Position numbers and translations under genes: made by a program. Below, in pieces: positions 54,143-58,914 of a stretch of DNA of 58,914 nucleotides (position 1 is its first letter; every line of letters begins with the position of its first letter). Source of the stretch: a bacterium (GTDB taxonomy: Bacteria; Patescibacteriota; Minisyncoccia; UBA6257; JAGOQP01); NCBI GenBank assembly GCA_021814445.1, contig JAKAIF010000002.1, positions 1-58,914 on the forward strand. Reading direction: 5' to 3'. Below the pieces are notes generated by a model. The model was not told the origin of the DNA and did not search any database. It saw nothing but the letters and a program-made list of their open reading frames with translations.

Positions 54143-54269
54143 GCCGATGATCCTGACGTTCATCGGGACAACCCATCTCTTACGAAGGGATTACTCCCTG
54201 CCTACGCAGGCAGGGAGTAATTGCCTGTCCCATTACATACGAAGTATGTTTCGGGAAAGCTACATCGGC
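54143..54269 (-). ncRNA. Structured GC-enriched element upstream of tRNA-Thr (unclassified)
   Basis: Nested helices: GCCGATG/CATCGGC, GGGACA/TGTCCC, perfect 13-bp ATTACTCCCTGCC/GGCAGGGAGTAAT, ACATAC/GTATGT. Confidence 0.3.
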
Positions 54270-54329
54270 AACACAAAACCTAGTAAAACAATACCAAAAA
54301 TGGACCCTGGGGTCAAAATTTATTTTGAA

Positions 54330-54752
54330 TTATTTGAGAGAAATAAGTATTGCTCCTCCCACCATAAGTACTGCGCCAAGTGCTGTTTTCCAACCAAATG
54401 TTTCTCCTAAAAATAACGCAGAGAGAAGAACTACTAAAATAATACTCAATCTATCTATCGCGACTACTTTTGTGGCAAGACCAATTTTAAGCGCAAAGAA
54501 ATAAAATAACCACGAAAGAGCTCCAACGATTCCCGCAAGAACAATAAGAATCCAGTCTTTTGATTTAATGGAGGTAAATGTAAATCCTTCAAATTTATTA
54601 AGAAAGAAACTAGTTACCACAAGAAATCCCGCCATAACAAGCGAGCGAATCGTTGTTGCTAATGTTGAATCAACGCCCTTGAGTCCAAGTTTTCCCAAAA
54701 TAGCAACGAGTGCCGCACATATTGCTGATAAAAATGCATAGAGAAACCACAT
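54330..54752 (-). CDS. Single-EamA-domain (DMT superfamily) membrane protein
   Basis: 5 TM. LGKLGLKGVDS...AIDRLSIILVVLLSALFLGE. Confidence 0.7.
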   Translation of the reverse strand: MWFLYAFLSAICAALVAILGKLGLKGVDSTLATTIRSLVMAGFLVVTSFFLNKFEGFTFTSIKSKDWILIVLAGIVGALSWLFYFFALKIGLATKVVAIDRLSIILVVLLSALFLGETFGWKTALGAVLMVGGAILISLK

Positions 54753-54759
54753 GAAGGTA

Positions 54760-54824
54760 AGTATATAGCCCCGACGCTCTTTTGGAAAGAGGTCGGGGTC
54801 CCGACCGAAGCGTCGGGATATTAA
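54760..54824 (-). repeat. Double-hairpin plus -10 cassette, copy B
   Basis: Minus strand: TTAATATCCCGACGCTTCGGTCGGGACCCCGACCTCTTTCCAAAAGAGCGTCGGGGCTATATACT, 7 nt before ATG 54752. Confidence 0.8.
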
Positions 54825-54944
54825 GAAGTAAGTAATATTAAAATAATAATCAGAGAATTTATTAGTTTTTTGTTTTCGTTTTATTTCGCGAATCCCGGTT
54901 GTGAGAAAGCGATGCATTATGATTCTTTAGGAAAGCTTTCTCTA

Positions 54945-56279
54945 CTACCGGGTTGCATTATAGATAGACAAGATTTCTGCTGCGGAGAGTGTACGGTTGT
55001 AAAAACGCACATCATCAATTCTTCCATTGAAGTAACCTGGGGCTCCTTGTCCACAATTAAAAGAAGATGCATTGTCAGCAGATTGTCCACTTGCAGAAGC
55101 AAGTGAAGCGCTGTTTGACTGGATTCCATTTGTATAAGATATTAGATTCCCTCCTCTATCAACAGTGACCGCAATATGATTCCACGATCCAATAGTAATA
55201 GAAATAGAATCAACAGAGATAACACCACTCGTTGGTTTAAATTCAAAACGATATTTATTCCCCAACCCAGGATTAAATAAAAAACCATATGAAGGAATCC
55301 CCCACACCCCTTTATTACACGATGCTCCTATAGTTGCGGCATCAACTCGAGACCACAACATAAGACTAAAGTTTTGAGATGACCCTGTGTTAAATACACT
55401 TGAGTTACTTGAAACAGAATTGTTTATCCCATTAAATTGTCCCGCTCTTCCTACCTTCCCTGTAGTCCATTGAGATCCTAAGGTTCCTTGCCAAGTTCCT
55501 GTATTGTTATTCCCACTGGAGTCTAGAGCCGTGGTCCCTGTTCCTTCATCAAACTTCCAGTAACCAACTAAGCCTGTATCAGTGATAGGGTTGAGGGAGA
55601 GATTGGTTCCTTTCTCATAGGTATAAGAGGTATCTCCCCCATCCGTAGAGACTTTATCTGAGGATCCTCCTAGTCTATATTTGGTAGATTCTAAGAGAGC
55701 GGTGAGTTCATAGGTTTGGGTCGTAGGATTGGGGGTATAGGTATAATAGAGATTGGTAGAAGAAGTATTTGCAGGATCTATAGGAAGTTTAGCCATAGAT
55801 TGGATAGCTGAGGTAAAGTCTATAGGAAGCCAACCTGCACCTGTAAGGAGGGTAGAAGAGGCTTGAGATACACAACTATAGGTATAGCCTGCAGGTAAGG
55901 TCGGTAACCCTACGTTCGCACAGGTAGAGGAGGTATCGGGGAGAGAGACGTATACGGTAGACGCGGTGCCTAAGGAGAGAGAAGGATTCTGAGTCAATAA
56001 AAGCTGTATGGTTTTATGGAGAGAAGCCAGATCAGTCATACGCGTACTATCTCTGCCTTGTTTAAGCAGTTCTGAGGGGTTTAACACGAGAACGACCGCA
56101 GCGGTCAATATGGCTAAGATACCTATCACTATTAATAATTCTATAAGAGTAAATGATGCAGAGAATACCGACTTGCCTCGCCATAGTGAACGGAGTGAAC
56201 GAAGGCGGGTGAGAGTAAAACTAGCCCTCCGTAGCTTGAGTGAAGGAGGAGAGGCACGATGTTTGAGAGACTGATGCAT
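54945..56279 (-). CDS. Type IV pilin-like protein with C-terminal LamG domain (paralogue of 1476-2735) and an atypical 43-aa leader
   Basis: ...SAS|FTLIELLIVIGILAIL. LVGYWKFDEGTGT...WNHIAVTVD...IDDVRFYNRTLSAAEI. Confidence 0.8.
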   Translation of the reverse strand: MHQSLKHRASPPSLKLRRASFTLTRLRSLRSLWRGKSVFSASFTLIELLIVIGILAILTAAVVLVLNPSELLKQGRDSTRMTDLASLHKTIQLLLTQNPSLSLGTASTVYVSLPDTSSTCANVGLPTLPAGYTYSCVSQASSTLLTGAGWLPIDFTSAIQSMAKLPIDPANTSSTNLYYTYTPNPTTQTYELTALLESTKYRLGGSSDKVSTDGGDTSYTYEKGTNLSLNPITDTGLVGYWKFDEGTGTTALDSSGNNNTGTWQGTLGSQWTTGKVGRAGQFNGINNSVSSNSSVFNTGSSQNFSLMLWSRVDAATIGASCNKGVWGIPSYGFLFNPGLGNKYRFEFKPTSGVISVDSISITIGSWNHIAVTVDRGGNLISYTNGIQSNSASLASASGQSADNASSFNCGQGAPGYFNGRIDDVRFYNRTLSAAEILSIYNATR

Positions 56280-56289
56280 ATAAATGCTT

Positions 56290-56327
56290 TATCCATTCGC
56301 CAATTCGCGCGAATTGGCGAATGGATA
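56290..56327. repeat. Palindrome family, variant copy 5
   Basis: TATCCATTCGCCAATTCGCGCGAATTGGCGAATGGATA. Shares its outer ATCCATTC/GAATGGAT arms with copy 2. Confidence 0.7.
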
Positions 56328-56449
56328 GTTTAGGAATTGGAAATTGAAAACTTAATAAAAATTACTTGTCCATCGAAGCTTTAGCGCGGACGGAGAAATT
56401 ATAAATTGAAAATTATACTAGTTATTAGTTATTCATTACTAGTTACTAT
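56328..56449. repeat. Composite spacer: GGAAATT heptads, AATTACTTG plus GC hairpin, TTACTAG heptads
   Basis: GGAATTGGAAATTG..; CTTGTCC...GGACGGAG (56365-95); ATACTAG TTATTAG TTATTCA TTACTAG TTACTAT. Confidence 0.6.
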
Positions 56450-56463
56450 CCCCTCAACTAATT

Positions 56464-58824
56464 TTAGGATCGTAATCTATTCAAAATTTCCATTTCTACC
56501 GCTTGTCTATTCATACCATATTTTGAAGAAGATAAATCTTTTAACTGTTGCACTAATGTATGATCTTGTTTTGGATATAGAGGGGTCTTCATATTAAATG
56601 GTCGAGAGGTTTGTCCTTTTATCAATAAACGAACATATGCATTCAAATTATCAATATTCATTAAATCATTCTGTGAAAATACAGGTTCAAATTGCTTTAC
56701 AAGAAAATCGGTATCTTGCGCACCCACACGAAACACCACCATAGATCCCACGTTTCCAAAAACCGCATTACGAATTTTTTCTTCAAGTTGCGCAACGAAT
56801 TGATGCGCAATAGTAAGATTGAGTTTATACTTGCGCGCTTCAGAGAGAATGGTTGCGATAGAGTCAGTGGTAAAGTTTTGAAACTCATCAATATATAAAT
56901 TAAAATCAGTGCGCTGTTCTTGTGAAATATCAATACGTGAAAAAGCGGCAAGAAGCAACTTTCCTACTATTAACATACCTAACAACCCCGAATTAATATC
57001 GCCTATCTTCCCTTTTGAGAGACTCACTAATAAGATTTTTCTCTCATCCATGATCTGTCTAAATTTAAAAGAAGATTTTACTTGACCAATAATAGGGCGC
57101 ACATAATCATTTGCAATAAAACTATTAAACTTTGAAGTGATATACGGGGCCATACTATTCAAAGAAGCTTCCCCCGTTACTTTCGCCGCCTCCTTTTGCC
57201 AAAAATCTAACACCACAGGACTGGTGATGCGCGCCAACTTTCGTTTGCGGAATTCATCATCGGTAAAAATACGAGGCACCTCAACAAGCGTCGCTGGTTC
57301 ATTCACAGAATCCTCCATAAGCAACAACAATGCATTGCGCATATATTGTTCAAACATAGGACCCATGGTCTCTGCGGTAAACAATCTATTAAAAATACTT
57401 TGTATTTCATTTACAATAAATGTTTTTTCTTCAGGTCGTGAAGGATCAAATTCAAGCATGTTCAATCCAATCGGAGTATTAATATTCCCTGGGTCAAACA
57501 CAATAACATCTTGCGCGCGCTCAGGAGGAATACACCCAAGAATAGAATCAATAAGATCTCCATGAGGATCAATGACACACACCCCCTTACCCTGACGAAT
57601 ATCATCCACAGCCATATTAGTCATGAAGGCAGATTTTCCTGTTCCCGTTTGTCCAACGATGTATATATGACGGCGCCTATCTTCATCGGTTATATAAATA
57701 GGTTTTACTGAGCCACGAAAAACACTCTCTCCCAATTTCGTTCCACTCGTAGGAGCATCTGCGGGAGCCGGCGCATCTTTTGACCTCAACCATTTAATTT
57801 TAGGAGAAAGCATGGTGCTAGTGGGAAGATGGAACAAACTTGCTAATTCTTCTGAGTTTAAAATCATCTTCTGGCTTTCATCAAATTCACGAAATATAAA
57901 CTGATATGCAAACTTTTTAATGTTTCTCGTTACCACTACTTTAAATTTATTCCGCAAGGGGGTTTCAAATTGTGAAAAAGACCCCGTGATGCCAGAAAAA
58001 ATAGCGTCGGTATTTACTTGATTATTTGTTGAGACAATATAACGAAGATTGACCTCTACCAGAGGTTTTGAAATTTTCTTTTCTAAAGCCTGCACCATAG
58101 CTTCATCTACAGGCTTCTTTTCTTCTGGTTTATCCCCCTCCCCCGCAGAAGAAAAGACACCCTTGAAATCTTTTAACTCTAAAACTTTTTGTGAAGAAAG
58201 TTCTTTAAACGGAATCCCTTTTTTCAAATTCTCTATAATAACTCGTATATTTTTCTTATAAGAATCTTGCGCGGGACGAACACAAATTTGAATTGCCGCT
58301 CCTTCTCCTAATTCATTAATTTTTGAAAATGCGCCAATAATAGGAGAAAAGGTATCCCCTTCTGCCTCAATGTAGGTTCGAATAGGAAGCGCATAATGAT
58401 CAGACTGAGTAAGATAGGCGCCAGAGGTACATCCGTCTGGCTGAAATACATTATATTCCACAACCTCTTCAATCTGCGCATCTTTAAAAACTCCTTCAAT
58501 TTGACGGCTTAGAAAGGGTATGAGTTTTTCGTTTGTAGAAATATAAAAATAGATTTCTTCTCCCACATGATGCACTGCCGCCTCAAGCGTTGTCCCCTCT
58601 GCATTACCCGCCAAGATACTAAATAACCGTTCAGTAAAATTAATTTCTTCTTTATAGGATGTCTGTTTATCAGCGGAAATTTGAGGAATGCGAATGAGAA
58701 GTAGTTTTGTTGCAAGCGATTTTCTCAGCGCCTCATTGTGATTTTTTTTAATAACAAGAATCGTCGCGGTAATAATAATTCCTCCTAAAACCACGAGCCC
58801 ACTAATAAGTAATAAAGAAGACAT
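56464..58824 (-). CDS. VirD4/TraD/TraG-like (FtsK-HerA superfamily) membrane ATPase
   Basis: N-terminal TM. Walker A GQTGTGKS, Walker B NLYIDEFQNF. About 787 aa. Confidence 0.75.
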   Translation of the reverse strand: MSSLLLISGLVVLGGIIITATILVIKKNHNEALRKSLATKLLLIRIPQISADKQTSYKEEINFTERLFSILAGNAEGTTLEAAVHHVGEEIYFYISTNEKLIPFLSRQIEGVFKDAQIEEVVEYNVFQPDGCTSGAYLTQSDHYALPIRTYIEAEGDTFSPIIGAFSKINELGEGAAIQICVRPAQDSYKKNIRVIIENLKKGIPFKELSSQKVLELKDFKGVFSSAGEGDKPEEKKPVDEAMVQALEKKISKPLVEVNLRYIVSTNNQVNTDAIFSGITGSFSQFETPLRNKFKVVVTRNIKKFAYQFIFREFDESQKMILNSEELASLFHLPTSTMLSPKIKWLRSKDAPAPADAPTSGTKLGESVFRGSVKPIYITDEDRRRHIYIVGQTGTGKSAFMTNMAVDDIRQGKGVCVIDPHGDLIDSILGCIPPERAQDVIVFDPGNINTPIGLNMLEFDPSRPEEKTFIVNEIQSIFNRLFTAETMGPMFEQYMRNALLLLMEDSVNEPATLVEVPRIFTDDEFRKRKLARITSPVVLDFWQKEAAKVTGEASLNSMAPYITSKFNSFIANDYVRPIIGQVKSSFKFRQIMDERKILLVSLSKGKIGDINSGLLGMLIVGKLLLAAFSRIDISQEQRTDFNLYIDEFQNFTTDSIATILSEARKYKLNLTIAHQFVAQLEEKIRNAVFGNVGSMVVFRVGAQDTDFLVKQFEPVFSQNDLMNIDNLNAYVRLLIKGQTSRPFNMKTPLYPKQDHTLVQQLKDLSSSKYGMNRQAVEMEILNRLRS

Positions 58825-58842
58825 AATAGTACAAATTTCCAA

Positions 58843-58880
58843 TATCCAATAACTAATTTCTAATTAAAGAGGATGTCTTT
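58843..58880. repeat. AATTTCC/AATTTCT-family AT-rich tract
   Basis: AATTTCCAATATCCAATAACTAATTTCTAATT. Confidence 0.5.
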
Positions 58881-58914
58881 ATAATATAAATTTTATAGCA
58901 TCCCTTTCAAGATC

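Noticed and set aside
54143-54269. Hammerhead (type II topology) ribozyme: GAA-ACATAC/GTATGT-A, a GGGACA/TGTCCC stem, then CGATGA
   Set aside because: The core reads CGAUGA instead of CUGAUGA, so U4 is missing. Six unpaired nt separate it from the would-be stem II, and 10.1/11.1 cannot pair. This is too far from consensus to claim.
54054-54410. 118-aa plus-strand ORF
   Set aside because: It reads antisense through tRNA-Thr and the GC-rich structured element, and it has no coding features.
54945-56279. Diversity-generating retroelement targeting the LamG tips of the two pilins
   Set aside because: The window has no reverse transcriptase and no template/variable repeat pair with A-specific differences. 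The paralogues differ throughout, including at synonymous sites.

Overview
AT-rich, gene-dense 58.9-kb chromosomal window. The gene content points to a reduced Patescibacteria/CPR (Parcubacteria-like) genome, but this is an inference. It rests on LamG-tipped type IV pilins, a VirD4/TraD-like ATPase, DUF5652/DUF5654-type small membrane proteins, and a shortened UvrC and pyruvate kinase. The genetic code is standard: RF2 is present and TGA is used as a stop.

About 75 CDS are supported:
- DNA repair: uvrA, uvrB, a short uvrC, nfo, nth, a family-4-like UDG, rmuC and three RecB/Cas4-like nucleases.
- Translation and RNA modification: gltX, prfB, def, fmt, rplI, rpmA, tgt, a truB fusion, dus, rsmE and rsmI.
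- Chaperonin: groES-groEL.
- Envelope: uppP, PAP2, ftsEX, M23, S41 protease, HtpX/LemA.
- Transporters and many small membrane proteins.

There are two tRNAs, Gln-CUG and Thr-CGU. I found no rRNA, CRISPR array, transposase or integrase.

The unusual signal is in the non-coding and selfish-DNA layer rather than in a protein operon:
1. A tRNA-Gln gene is split into complementary 5' and 3' fragments around a 363-bp insert. The insert carries a GIY-YIG gene plus its own intact tRNA-Gln.
2. A 32-40-nt palindrome family has 5 copies. One sits in frame inside truB and two flank an ArsR-like regulator.
3. A double-hairpin plus -10 cassette is repeated directly upstream of start codons, with compensatory changes between copies.
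4. Roughly 130-nt elements bounded by 19-20-nt inverted repeats and TATG flanks sit exactly on the uvrA and groEL start codons. Each opens a short uORF.
5. Three families of 7-bp-period AT-rich tracts fill intergenic spacers.
6. A TGATATACT-type -10 box lies 4-11 nt from many ATGs, suggesting leaderless mRNAs, and tRNA-Thr ends 3 nt from the prfB ATG.
7. An orphan ~290-nt promoter-to-terminator unit and a structured GC-rich element next to tRNA-Thr have no recognisable family.

All calls come from manual reading; no searches were run.
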